From the NCBI RefSeq assembly GCF_964355755.1, contig NC_092680.1, forward strand, positions 15,633,045 through 15,697,044: a stretch of 64,000 bases of DNA, given 5' to 3'. A program made the translations under genes and the position numbers. This document shows, in pieces, positions 35,094-60,809 of the stretch (position 1 is the stretch's first letter; each line of letters starts with the position of its first letter). Source of the DNA: Antedon mediterranea. Its lineage: Eukaryota; Animalia; Echinodermata. The notes under the pieces were generated by a model. It worked only from the letters and a program-made list of their open reading frames with translations. It was not told where the DNA came from and made no database searches.

Positions 35094-35879
35094 AACAAGG
35101 CCATATAGATGGCTGCAGTCGCGTGCTCATTAGTGTTTACCGACCGACCGACCAACCTACCAACTGACCGAAATTACTGAACATGTTTATATTTTTTCAA
35201 TTTACACGTGCGTAGCCTGTCACTTTTGACGTGCTCGTATAACGTAATTTCGAGTTGAAAAGTAAGTCAAGAAAACAGAAATCGCGCAAAAATCTGCGCA
35301 CTTAAAATTTCCTGAAACGTACTCTTAAGCCGATTTTCCACTAGGCGAATTTGTTCGCGCGAATCGAAAGCTTGTACGCATGTGTATTCATGTTTACATC
35401 TTCCACATCCTTCTCTACGCATGCGTATTAGCTGACGCCTTCGATTCGCGCGAACAAATTCGCCTAGTGGAAAATCGGCTTTATTTCATCGAAAATAAAT
35501 TTTGAAAATTTTAAGCGCGCGTACGCATGCGTTAAATACGCTACGCACGTAATTGTATTGCCATATGATGATTTATGCCCTGAAATTTATGAGTACCAAA
35601 TTGTATTTAATTGTGATTCATGGTTGTGAAGATATGATTACAAAACGTGATTTCGTTAAATCGTGCGTAGACCGCGTAATTTTTTATTGCGCACCGTGAA
35701 AACATAACCACATCGATTCCTGGCCATAAGGAATATACTGTGAAAAATTGACTTAGCTAGATTAAACTGATATCAAGATAAGGTCAGAAAGCGATAAAAC
35801 GCATAGTGATACCGGACCGACAGACCGACAGACCGACCGACATAGTGAACTATAGAGTCACGTCCACGCGACTAAAAAC
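35094..35879. mobile_element. Non-autonomous Helentron (HINE/DINE-1)-like element with a nested Harbinger-like MITE (35327-35481); short relative at ~15290-15388
   Basis: aacaag start, (gacc/gaca)n microsatellites and subterminal agtcgcgtgc / agtcacgtccacgcgactaaaaa ends. Nested perfect TIRs aagccgattttccactaggcgaatttgttcgcgcgaatcgaa. Confidence 0.6.
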
Positions 35880-36005
35880 GTTACCGGACAAGCAATACAA
35901 AATGACAGGTGCAACACCATACTATTAATTATGTATCCTGCATGTTCCGGTTATTAATTTTTGTTTTTCTCTTTCTTGTAGGCTCACATACTAGCATTAT
36001 TATAA

Positions 36006-38574
<2,569 letters not shown>

Positions 38575-38594
<20 letters not shown>

Positions 38595-39500
38595 GAAAAC
38601 AAACACACAAAACAGACAAACAAACAAATACAAAGTCAAGAAGTATCAAATGAAATTAATATATAAATCAAAAGGCAAATTACTGGAAAACAATGACAAT
38701 GCTGTGAGTATTAGCGACTGGATCTCAATTATTAAGCAAAAGGCTAAAATCAAAACGATAAAGTAAAACAGCCAGACAAATTAACAGAGCTTTCGGGCAA
38801 CACTATCCCTTCATCAGTGCAAGTGAGACTACTTGGACTTGATTTGATAATATAAAGCCGCGTCTGAGTGGACTGGAATAAAATAAATGAAACAAAAGAG
38901 GCACAGGCTGGTGAATAGAGGGAGGAGAAAGTAACAATGAAACGTTGAAGATAGCTTGGTAGTCGGAATAATTTTACCGATCTGAGAGTATTTTCAGGAA
39001 TGTCCTAAAGGTTTTGTAGTTTTAAGTAGTAATTCCCATTACTTTGTCCTTGCGAGGTTTGTCGCTCCATTTGACGTCGTTAATTGTCTATTGCAATCGT
39101 GTGATCTGCTGAATTAAAATGTTCGGCTACACTTACAGGTTGGTCAAACTTTAATGTTTTGATAGCTGACGACGTACTTTAGTTACCACAAATACTCAGT
39201 ATAGATAAATGACGTTTTTTGTTAGACAATTAATTGTATCCGGGTAGTTCCGGAAAAACGGTCCTGAGATGAGTGGACTAACATAGGGTGATATGAGAGG
39301 CTTGTGACCATGGCACTCTGGTCAACGTGCTTGGTACTTCAGTATCTCTGACAGCGAGAAATACATTTTGCTTTCTTTAAATAGCAGTTTCGATCTATTC
39401 CCGCTTGCAATTTCTTTTGAGATCTGGTCTGGTTAGTTCTTCTGTACGATCTTCTGCTTTATATACCCCTACAGATGTCCTAACCATTAGAAAACTGGGG
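38575..39500 (-). mobile_element. Decayed Penelope-like retroelement (GIY-YIG remnant plus terminal repeat)
   Basis: Minus-strand remnants CLTKNVIYL, VAEHFNSADH, LKT..P.G with frameshifts. Terminal region shared with ~27995-28170 and ~51530-51575. Confidence 0.65.
38784..38820 (-). ncRNA. Minimal type I hammerhead ribozyme motif (Penelope type)
   Basis: Minus strand GCA-CTGATGA-AGGG-ATAGTGTTG-CCC-GAAA-GC-TC-TGT: complete core, short stems I/II, palindromic AGCT stem III. Confidence 0.65.
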
Positions 39501-40530
39501 TTTTTATGTTATTGTTCAAATTCGATTGGATAGCGACTCTAACAGTTCAGACAATGCACACACAAAACAAAGAAAGATAGAGAGATACTTTGCGCAATTT
39601 GAAATTTAGTATTTTGATTCAATCGCGCAAGGAAATCATTGCGCAACTTCAAATTGCACATAACATTATCATTCAAAGATATAACACAAACATTTCCTGT
39701 TCGTCCCGAAGCGCGCAACATTGTTGGATATCTTTGGTATACTGAGAGGAGATAGGATGGGCATGACAGGGCGTTTGCGGATTTTATGCCATGAATTTTG
39801 TTTCAATTTCTCTTTAGGTTTTGTATAAGTAATATTGTATTTTTTATTATCCTCTTTAGGGTATATCGATTGAATTGAGGGTTTTCAAATAAAAGAATGA
39901 AAAATTACTTGATTAACTATTTATTTGTGCAGTTGATCATCATAGAGAAATCGTATATTTTTAGTTTTGAAAAGACCGATCTTAGAAAGAACTTTCTAAG
40001 ATCTTTGTTTTGTCTTTCTAGTTTGGAGAGGGCGCTGTGAAGTAGGAAATGGCGGCGGCCTATGTGAGGAGATTCTTGGGTACACACAAACAACATGGCC
40101 TCGATTACGAAAGCCATGCTTCTGATGTTAAAATAAAATGTTGTTTTCATCATAAAAACATTGTTGATGAAACAGCATTACAAGTTACGGAAGTTCAATT
40201 TTATAAGGTACTTGCTTGTACCAAATTATGGGTGAAGTTAGATGGTAGGCACTAATCTAAGTTTCATGATGAAAAACAAATGTAATCAAAATACATGTTA
40301 TTGTTAACATCATATAATTAGATATTTAATTATTCGTTTTATGCAATTTCTTTAATAAAAACAAATAGACAGTTTGCCTCAACTAGCGGGTACGTTGTTT
40401 TTTGACGCATTCTCCCAAAGGATAGTTAATAATATTTCAATTTCTATTTCAACTTTTTTCTGGTAGAAAAAATAAATATTAATTGAATTTCGAAATTCGT
40501 AATCATCTTGAGGTAATCAGACATTGTGTA

Positions 40531-43500
40531 AGCGGTGGCGCCAGGATCTTCCCGACGCGGGGGCTACATTCCCCGACGAGGGGGCTATGCGAGCGAAGCG
40601 AGCATCACTAGGCTGGGGGCCAGGGAGCCGCCAAGGGCCCCCGGTGGGGGTCCAGGGGGCGAAGGCCCCGGAAGCAACGCGTTCTAGCGTTTTGAGGTCA
40701 TTTTAATCAGATTTAGGGAAGCCATTTTTTCCATTTTTTATAATGCATAAATAAAATATTGCGTGCAAAAAAACGATGCACGATGACTGTTTCAATCCAC
40801 TCGGAAGTCCAGATGGTACGCACGCATACACTTGGGAGGAATAAACTTATTTCCCCGACTGAAAAAGGTCTACTTGCGTTTTTTAAGCAGTGGTGGCGCC
40901 AGCGGGGGGGCTACGGGGGCTCTAGCCCCCTCGTCGGGGAGCCTAGCCCCCCCGTCGGGGAACACGGGTACTTTTTGTCGGGGAATATAACATACAGTAA
41001 AAAACGTTCGCGTTCACTTCATATAGCTTCAGCGCCAAAAAACCACGACGTTCCATTGACCGTGAGAGTACGTCACGTCAGAGGGCTATTATGCACTTTT
41101 ATGCATTCATTATTGCCAGAGATCTAACTACTAAACAATAGCTAGTACGCACTTGTTTGGCGGTATCCCTTTGTACGAATCGTTCACCGTTGGGTCGAGA
41201 CGCGTGATATCATGTTCCATCCAGGGACCAAAATGTGTAATGTAGTTATTTTCCAGGCGAAGTTTACCGACGGTTACCGAAGGGAACACGGGTACTTTTT
41301 GTCGGGGAATATAATATACAGTAAAAAACGTTCGCGTTCACTTGGTAGCTTCAGCGCCTAGAAAACCGCGACGTCTCATTGACCGTGATAGTACGTCAGA
41401 GTGCTATTATGCAATTTATATGCATTCATTATTGCCAGCGATCTAACTTACTACTAAACATTAGCTAGGTACGCACTTGTCTGGCGGTATCCCTTTGTAC
41501 GAATCGTTCAACGTTGGGTCGAGACGCCTGATATCAAGTTCCATCCAGGGACCAAAATGTGTAATGTATTTATTTTCCAGGCGAAGTTTACCGACGGTTC
41601 GGGTACTTTTTGTCGGGGAATATAATTCGTTCGCGTTCACTTCGTAGCTTCAGCGCCTAGAAAACCTCGACGTTTCATTGACCGTGAGAGTACGTCAGAG
41701 TGATATTATGCACTTTATATGCATTCATTATTGCCAGCGATCTAACTTACTACTAAACAATAGCTATAGGTACGCACTTGTCTGGCGGTATCCCTTTGTA
41801 CGAATCGTTCAACGTTGGGTCGTGATATCATATCAAAATGTGTACTGTAGTTATTTTCCAGGCGAAGTTTACTGACGGTTACGTCGTGTACTGTGTCGAC
41901 GTACGCTACCACTACAGCAAAAACGAATTATCTTAATTGTTCGTATGTTCACCAAATTTTTAATTTACAAGTAACCTTCTGTACCGTGGGGCACCTAAAA
42001 TAAATATTTCATCCATTACTAAACAAAAAAACATGCCATTTTCGCTTAGCCAACATAGCTAAGTTATTACATTTTCAATGTCCTGTATGTCATGAATACA
42101 AATACAAAAAATACAAAATTTCCCCGACTGAAAAAGGTCTACGCTTGCGTTTTTTAAGCCTCTGGGCCTGATGTTTCCAAAGTATAAAATGCAATTTTTT
42201 GAAGACCTGCAGCTCTAGTTTTAAACATTTTCTTAGCTCAGCCCCAACAATAAAGCTGGTCATATTTCGAAGTACAAGAAGTGCATTTTCCGGGACCTAA
42301 CATCTCTATTTTTCAAACATTTCTTAGCTCAGTCACAACCATGATAGGGACTTATATATTTTGTTTCATGTTTTGAAGTATAATAAGTCCAATTTCCAGG
42401 ACCTCCAACTCTATTTTTCTAAATTTTCTTTGAACTTTTATTTTTTAAATTGAAAAATATGGATTGAAACAGTAATCGCGCATCGTTTTTTTGCACGCAG
42501 TATTTTATTTATGCATTATAAAAAATGGAAAAAATGGCTACCCTAAATCTGATTAAAATGACCTCAAATGACGCTAGAACGCGTTGCTTCCGGGGGCTTC
42601 GCCCCCTGGACCCCCACCGGGGGCCCTTGGCGGCCCCCTGACCCCCAGCCTTGTGATGCTCGCTTCGCTCGCATAGCCCCCTCGTCGGGGAATGTAGCCC
42701 CCGCGTCGGGAAGATCCTGGCGCCACCCATGTTTTTAAGCCTCTATGCCTGATGTTTCCAAAGTATAAAATGCAATTTTTGAAGACCTGCAGCTCTAGTT
42801 TTTTAAACATTTTCTTAGCTCAGCCCCAACAATAAAGCTGGTCATATTTCGAAGTACAAGAAGTGCATTTTCCGGGACCTAACACCTCTATTTTTCAAAC
42901 ATTTCTTAGCTCAGTCACAACCATGATAGGGACTTATATATTTTGTTTCATGTTTTGAAGTATAATAAGTCCAATTTCCGGGACCTCCACCTCTATTTTT
43001 CTAAATTTTCTTTGAACATTTATTTTTTAAATTGAAAAATATGGATTGAAACAGTCATCGCGCATCGTTTTTTTGCACGCAGTATTTTATTTATACATTA
43101 TAAAAAATGAAAAAAATGGCTACCCTAAATCTGATTAAAATTACCTCAAATGACGCTAGAACGCGTTGCTTACGGGGGCTTTTCCCCCTGGACTTCCACC
43201 GGGGCCCTTGGCGGCCCCCTGGCCCCCAGCCTAGTGATGCTCGCTTCGCTCGCATAGCCCCCTCGTCGGGGAATGTAGCCCCCGCGTCGGGAAGATCCTG
43301 GCGCCACCACTGACAGGACATTGAAAATTTAATAACTTAGCTATAATAAGATGTTGGCTAAGCGAAAATGGCATGTTTTTTTGTTTAGTAATGGATTAAA
43401 TATTTATTTTGGGTGCCCCTATGGTACAGAAGGTTACTTGTAAATTAAAAATTGGTGAACATACGAACAATTAACATAATTCGTTTTTGCTGTAGTGTAG

Positions 43501-44180
43501 CGTACGTCGACACAGTACACGACGTAACCGACGGTAAACTTCGCCTGGAAAATAACTACATTACACATTATGGTCCCTGGATGGAACATGATATCACGCG
43601 TCTCGACCCAACGTTGAACGATTTGTACAAAGGGATACCGCCAGACAAGTGCGTACCTAGCTACTGTTTAGTAGTAAGTTAGATCGCTGGCAATAATGAA
43701 GGCATATAAAGTGCATAATATCACTCTGACGTACTCTCACGGTCAATGAAACGTCGCGGTTTTCTAGGCGCTGAAGCTACGATGTGAACGCGAAGGCTTT
43801 TTACTGTATATTATATTCCCCGAAAAAAAGTACCCGTGTTCCCTTCGGTAACCGTCGGTAAACTTCGCCTGGAAAATAACTACATTACACATGTTGGTCC
43901 CTGGATGGAACTTGATATCACGCGTCTCGACCCAACGTTGAACGATTCGTACAAAGGGATACCGCCAGATAAGTGCGTACCTAGCTAATGTTTAGTAGTA
44001 AGTTAGATCGCTGGCAATAATGAATGCATATAAATTGCATAATAGCACTCTGACGTAGCCTACTCTCACGGTCAATGAAACGTCGTGGTTTTCTAGGCGC
44101 TGAAGCTACCAAGTGAACGCGAACGTTTTTTACTGCATAATTATATTCCCCGAAAAAAATACCCGTGTTACCGACGGTAA
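40531..44180. repeat. Rearranged repeat complex: ~320-bp tandem units (40958-41880) mirrored at 43525-44180; two ~575-bp units (42155-43312) inverted relative to 40531-40800; CAGTGGTGGCGCCAG transposon-like ends
   Basis: Direct and reverse-complement identity seen by eye, e.g. 41880-42085 vs 43312-43530. Confidence 0.85.
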
Positions 44181-44181
44181 C

Positions 44182-45300
44182 TATGGAACGCCTCCTCTGC
44201 CTTCAGTTCACAATGGTCATGCAGTACACACCAATCGTCATGCAGTACACACCAATGGTCATGCAGTACACACCAATGGTCATGCAGTACACACCAATGG
44301 TCATGCAGTACACACCAATCGTCGTTCACATTTATCATGCAGTACACACCAATGGTCATGCAGTACACACCAATCGTCATGCAGTACACACCAAACATCA
44401 TGCAGTACACACCAATCGTCATGCAGTACACACCAAACATCATGCAGTACACACCAATGGTCATGCAGTACACACCAATTGTCATGCAGTACACACTAAT
44501 CGTCATGCAGTACACACCAATCGTCATGCAGTGAAATATTGCATAATTTATACCGCCACCTATCGACAAAATCGAATATCACGTGACGTTTATTAGACGG
44601 CTGTAAAACTAGGCCATCGACTCTAAGATTTCTTTTATGTTTGACATACTGTACTTATTTTAACCGCTACACATCTCTGTGAATGCTCTGTTTTTTTATA
44701 TATACAATAATTTATTATGCGAGACACAGGCGCGGCTAGGAGGCCATTGCAATTATTGAATTCCATAAAAGAAGTTTAAATAGTCTTAGTTTTACAGCCG
44801 TCTAATAAAACTCACGTGATATTCGATTTTGTCGATAGGTGGCGGTATAAATTACGCAATATTTGACTGCATGACGATTGGTGTGTACTGCATGACGATT
44901 GGTGTGTACTGCATGACAATTGGTGTGTACTGCATGATGTTTGGTGTGTACTGCATGACGATTGGTGTGTACTGCATGACGATTGGTGTGTACTGCATGA
45001 CGATTGGTGTGTACTGCATGATAAATGTGAACGACGATTGGTGTGTACTGCATGACAATTGGTGTGTACTGCATGACCATTGGTGTGTACTGCATGACGA
45101 TTGGTGTGTACTGCATGACGATTGGTGTGTACTGCATGACGATTGGTGTGTACTGCATGATGTTTGGTGTGTACTGCATGACGATTGGTGTGTACTGCAT
45201 GACGATTGGTGTGTACTGCATGACGATTGGTGTGTACTGCATTACGATTGGTGTGTACTGCATGATAAATGTGAACTTAAGGCAGAGGAGGCGTTCCATA
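44182..45300. mobile_element. Foldback-type non-autonomous element E1: long TIRs built from a 21-bp minisatellite, TATGG..CCATA ends (IS3EU-like)
   Basis: TATGGAACGCCTCCTCTGCC start and GGCAGAGGAGGCGTTCCATA end; arrays of CATGCAGTACACACCAATCGT; ~180-bp unique centre. Confidence 0.8.
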
Positions 45301-45359
45301 ATATCAGGCGTCTCGACCCAACGGTGAACGATTCGTACAAAGGGATACCGCCAGACAAT

Positions 45360-46708
45360 TATGGAACGCCTCCTCTGCCTTCAGTTCACATTTATCATGC
45401 AGTACACACCAATCGTCATGCAGTACACACCAATGGTCATGCAGTACACACCAATCGTCATGCAGTACACACCAATCGTCATGCAGTACACACCAAACAT
45501 CATGCAGTACACACCAATCGTCATGCAGTACACACCAATCGTCATGCAGTACACACCAATGGTCATGCAGTACACACCAATTGTCATGCAGTACACACCA
45601 ATCGTCGTTCACATTTATCATGCAGTACACACCAATCGTCATGCAGTACACACCAATCGTCATGCAGTACACACCAATGGTCATGCAGTACACACCAATC
45701 GTCATGCAGTACACACCAATCGTCATGCAGTACACACCAAACATCATGCAGTACACACCAATCGTCATGCAGTACACACCAATCGTCATGCAGTACACAC
45801 CAATCGTCATGCAGTACACACCAATGGTCATGCAGTACACACCAATTGTCATGCAGTACACACCAATCGTCGTTCACATTTATCATGTAGTACACACCAA
45901 TCGTCATGCAGTACACACCAATCGTCATGCAGTACACACCAAACATCATGCAGTACACACCAATTGTCATGCAGTACACACCAATCGTCATGCAGTACAC
46001 ACCAATCGTCATGCAGTACACACCAATCGTCATGCAGTCAAATATTGCGTAATTTATACCGCCACCTATCGACAAAATCGAATATCACGTGAGGTTTATT
46101 AGACGGCTGTAAAACTAAGACTATTTAAACTTCTTTTATGGAATTCAATAATTGCAATGGCCTCCTAGCCGCGCCTGTGTCTCGCATAATAAATTATTGT
46201 ATATATAAAAAAACAGAGCATTCACAGAGATGTGTAGCGGTTAAAATAAGTACAGTATGTCAAACATAAAAGAAATCTTAGAGTCGATGGCCTAGTTTTA
46301 CAGCCGTCTAATAAACGTCACGTGATATTCGATTTTGTATAAATTACGCAATATTTCACTGCATGACGATTGGTGTGTACTGCATGACCATTGGTGTGTA
46401 CTGCATGATGTTTGGTGTGTACTGCATGACGATTGGTGTGTACTGCATGACGATTGGTGTGTACTGCATGACGATTGGTGTGTACTGCATGACCATTGGT
46501 GTGTACTGCATGACGATTGGTGTGTACTGCATGACCATTGGTGTGTACTGCATGATAAATGTGAACGACGATTGGTGTGTACTGCATGACCATTGGTGTG
46601 TACTGCATGACCATTGGTGTGTACTGCATGACCATTGGTGTGTACTGCATGACGATTGGTGTGTACTGCATGACCATTGTGTACTGAAGGCAGAGGAGGC
46701 GTTCCATA
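45360..46708. mobile_element. Second copy E2 of the foldback element, inverted relative to E1
   Basis: Same termini; its centre (46118-46292) is the reverse complement of 44612-44786. Confidence 0.8.
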
Positions 46709-46930
46709 TAAAAGTGCATAATAGCCCTCTGACGTAGGCCTACTCTCACGGTCAATGGAACGTCGCGGTTTTCTAGGCGCTGAAGCTATATTATAAAGTG
46801 AACGCGAACGTCTTTTACTGTATATTATATTCCCCGTGCGACCTCTATATTTGCGAATAATAGTACGCGAGTAATCATTTAACAACAAACAAACACAACT
46901 CCAGCGGCAAATTTTTTGTTTAGACGTGAC

Positions 46931-49293
46931 CAAAGATCGTATAGCGCCACGTAGTGGCGCAAGATATGGAACTGACGCTCGAAAAATGATAATTCCATGG
47001 GCAGCCATTCCGGCAAGCGGATTACCCAGTAGGCAATGCGGCACGCCACCAAATCAATGAAAACAAATAGGATTTACATCTACGCGATAAACAGTACGAC
47101 TTTATTTTATCTTTCGCGTCAAAATGAAAGAACATCTATATAAAATTCGATTATATAAATTTACTCCATTTGATATTACACTTACATATGCGTATATCAC
47201 TGTCCAACCTCAAACGGCTACAGAATAAACACTGACTGTATGGAGGACGAATTTTGTAGGCAGTCGGTTGAGGCATAGTTATAAATAGTGTCGCGGGGCG
47301 CAGCGCGATGCTACGCACTTCACGCCCAAGGTCGGCCGCGTTTGGCCTAGGCTGGGATGATGGCTTAGTTTATGTGCGAGAGAAGCATTTTTTTGGAGAT
47401 GAATTGTAATAATTGCCAAATATATTGTCCAAAACTGTCTTTTTAATTTAAAAAAAAAAAAAATTAATGGGCAGGGGGATGTTCTTTTCCCTGTTCGGAC
47501 CCTCTCTTTCTATTTTGTGTGCTTCAGGCCTACAAAGTTATTTCATTGCAAGGGGAATTTTACTACGATCTGCCACAACTGTAGTATACTGTACAAACAT
47601 TACTAGATACAAAAACAATTGTTACATTTTTTTAATTTCAAAAAAGTAAAAGTATTAAATATTAATTTTAAAAATTCATAATCATAATTTGTTCTTTTCA
47701 ACCCACTTTTATTAGCTCAACTTTCAATATTACAGACAGGATTAAAATGCAATAAAAATACTGAAAAATCTCACTTTATACAATATTAATAAATAATGAT
47801 GGAATAATTAAATACACTCAATAAATAAATTACGAATGTATGGTTTTAGCCTTCTTAAATACAAGGAAAATTCTATTATTTTGATTTCTTGTATTACAAA
47901 AGAAGCCAATAGGCCTAAACAACAGTACTGATAATAACTGAATTCTGGTTATTTCCTTTCACTTAAAAGTATGAGGTGTGTGAAAATAGTGATTTTATTT
48001 GTAATCCCATAGGATACTGCTCCTTTTCAAGAATCAAAAATATAAACTATTATTACTATTGAAATATAATTGTCCATCAGTTCTGGCCTTTGTATTTAAT
48101 TCTTGTGTAAAATACCACTTTGCACTCAATCATCTATCTTCTCAATTTTACAGTATGATGACAGACTTATATCTTTCTGAAATAGGGAAAAATATATCAT
48201 TAAATTATTAGGTCACTTTTCGAACTGTTACATAATCATTTGATTACTTATTATAGTATTTTAAAATACTATACATTTTTAAATTCAAAACAAAAGTCAA
48301 TATACTATTTATTAATAATTGTAAGTATTCAAAAATGTTTACATTAATTAACTAAATATTTTTCAAATAAAGATGAAGAACAAAATAAATATGAGGATCA
48401 AATTTATAATTTAAATTTATTAAATAAAAAAAACAAACAATTCATTCATTCATAATAACATTTATTTCTTATCATTTCAAAGTAAACAAAATAACAATTT
48501 AAATATAAATAATTAAGAGGCAACACCCAGAAAGTAATAACATTTGGAGGTTTCCCTCCAAAAAAACTTGTGACGGGTAGCCAGTTAAGAAATTGTAATC
48601 ATATTGGAGTTTAAACAAACAGAAACAAAACAAGACAAACAAACATGTAAAGCAAGACAACGACAAATTAACAACAATAACAACATCCTCACGATTTTTG
48701 ATTTCATTACATTTAATTATTTCTGTTAATGTTATTATTAATAAAACGCTATATTGTCTTGTACATTTTTATTAAAAATTCCTAATTCCCGAACAGCTTC
48801 AGTTTTTTTCTTAATCTTCCATCCATCCAAGCCTTGTTTGATCCATCTATCATCAAGACGCCAATCAATATCATTCATCCTCCCAGACTTTTTTTTATTA
48901 ATCATACTAACTAAACTAGGCCTAGTATTCGGCATTAAATATGCCAAGCCTACTACTACTAGTACTAGGCCCTAGATCGGATTGCGCAGAAACGCCTGCC
49001 TGAACTAAATTTAAACAACAATTTAATAATTTTGTTAATGTTTACTAACAAAAAAATATATATTCTAAAAACTTACCACTACAATTTACCCAATACAACA
49101 CGAGAAAACTTCCCGAACAAACAATAACACGTCACACGTGGATGTGGTTCAATGGTTTATTATACACTTCCGGGGTATGTGATCGCGTAACTTGCTTGCC
49201 GGAATGGCTGCCCATGGAATTTCACTCATGCGCAGTGTATAAGAGATAGGAGTTCCCTATCTTGCGCCACTTCGTGGCGCTATAGTATCTTTG
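46931..49293. mobile_element. Non-autonomous P-element-like transposon (2363 bp) immediately upstream of RBM8A
   Basis: Imperfect TIRs CAAAGATCGTATAGCGCCACGTAGTGGCGCAAGATA / TATCTTGCGCCACTTCGTGGCGCTATAGTATCTTTG; subterminal inverted AATTCCATGGGCAGCCATTCCGGCAAGC; 8-bp TSD GACGTGAC at 46923-46930 and 49294-49301. Confidence 0.85.
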
Positions 49294-49353
49294 GACGTGA
49301 CGCTGAGAAAACGCGTTGTTTCACAATTTAAAGTACATTGTTTTAGGACTAAA

Positions 49354-59221
<9,868 letters not shown>

Positions 59222-60809
59222 GTAATGTTATATTCTTGTTTCTAGCAGTGTTACTGACGTGGCATTAAGTTTCAGCTAGTGGAGTTCTTGTACACTTTAA
59301 GAACCCGAAACATCTTTACAAGCAGTAATCATGGGTTTCCTTTGTGGTGTGTATGGAGGGAGGACAAGGGTTCTGGAAGGAGTATAGTTTCCATCAGCAT
59401 TTCTTTTAAAACCTTTATCTACATACAGTATCTACAAAAATGTGTGATGATCAAAGATTCTATAGCCAAAGGCTAGATCGTCAACTCTAAAGTTATCGCA
59501 GTTAGGAAACATTATTCTTCATGGAGGGGAACCAACAAGATGGCGGCTGCAATCAAATGTGATACGCCCCTACACAGTCATGCACTACTACATTCTCCCC
59601 ATTGTTTGTCCCCATTCTTAACCGCTCGGCCAATCAACTTTCAATTTCAATTTCAAAAGACATTTATTTTCCTCCATAGCAATACAATACAAAATAATAA
59701 ACAGAAATGGTAAGGTAAATTAAAAATGAAATAGATGATTGTTGGATATACAAAAAAAAAGTGAATTTACGAAAATTGGCTATGGAGGAAGGTATAATCC
59801 TGAGAAGATGAGGAAATCTTGTGCTGGGTATGCCTATGCAAATAAAATGGATAATTGAATAAGAGTGGAAATTAAGAGAAAAAAACAAGACAAAAAAACA
59901 CACACAAAAGGAAAAAAAAAATAAATTAAAAAAACAAAAAAAACTCAAAAACCACAGTAGATCAATGACTAGCGGTTGTGTTCAAACAAGGCAATCCTAA
60001 CAACAGGATGCTAAGCGTCGAAGATCAAAGGGTTTATCTGTGGCTGCGACACGATCAGTTCCAAACGTCCCTAACAGACACTGTACACCGTATCTGTACA
60101 GTACTGTTGGTGTTTGTCGCAGCCAGATGTAAGATCAAAAGACTGTTACAAGTTCCTATCTTGTCAAGGCAAGCTCAGTGTCCTGTTGTTAGATTGCCAC
60201 TTTCAATCACTAACCAAAATCACATGGTAGGCCCTATGTTTCAATGGGATACAAGATCAACTAAACTCTTTACACAGGATAGGACCAACAGCAATTGGAT
60301 GTCAGTACTAATCTATCTTTTAGCCAAACATAATAACCAGACCATGAAAACTTCACTGGGTACCCTATTTTTTGGCATGTACAGTATGTATAATTAAATG
60401 TAGGGCTTTCATTTGAAGATCAAGTTTATTTACCTAAACATTTTTGCAGAAAACAGCATTGATTAATTGAAGAAGTTATCTCAGGTCTAGAGGTTTGTTG
60501 ATAAATCCAGGACAATGACCGTATCTATATTATTTCAATCCATACTGAACTGTCTATGTTATCTTAATTGCATATTTCTCTATGATCTTTGATAAAAATC
60601 CTAGTATTTTATGTTTAAATGTTAAAATTGGATAACATATTATTGAACTTAACTATGTAGCATAGTTTTTAAGGAGATTGATTGGTAAAATAATACCCTA
60701 CAAAAATTGAATTTATTTGTTGTTTTGAGTTGTTTTTTTTAATATGTAATGGATAAACTTAAAAAATGGACGAGTCCTTAGTTCATTCGGCAATCTTCAT
60801 CGTTTGGTA

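Noticed and set aside
40524-43321. GC-rich ORFs (e.g. WRQDLPDAGATFPDEG)
   Set aside because: They lie in repeated transposon termini present in both orientations; no domain similarity recognised
44200-46680. CRISPR-like array (constant 15-mer plus variable 6-mer)
   Set aside because: The variable parts are a few recurring 6-bp variants rather than unique spacers; eukaryotic context with no cas genes
44113-47044. Many long ORFs (HAVHTNR, MQYTPIV, VYCMTIG, DWCVLHD repeats) in all frames
   Set aside because: They result from a stop-free 21-bp minisatellite open on both strands; no splice or domain evidence
48750-48910. Intronic C/D-box snoRNA
   Set aside because: TGATGA and CTGA words exist, but there is no terminal stem or recognisable rRNA guide; it looks like decayed LINE sequence
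59978-60397. 139-aa ORF in RBM8A intron 5 (and similar short intronic ORFs at 53271-53669 and 15766-16131)
   Set aside because: No recognisable motifs or exon partners; consistent with chance ORFs
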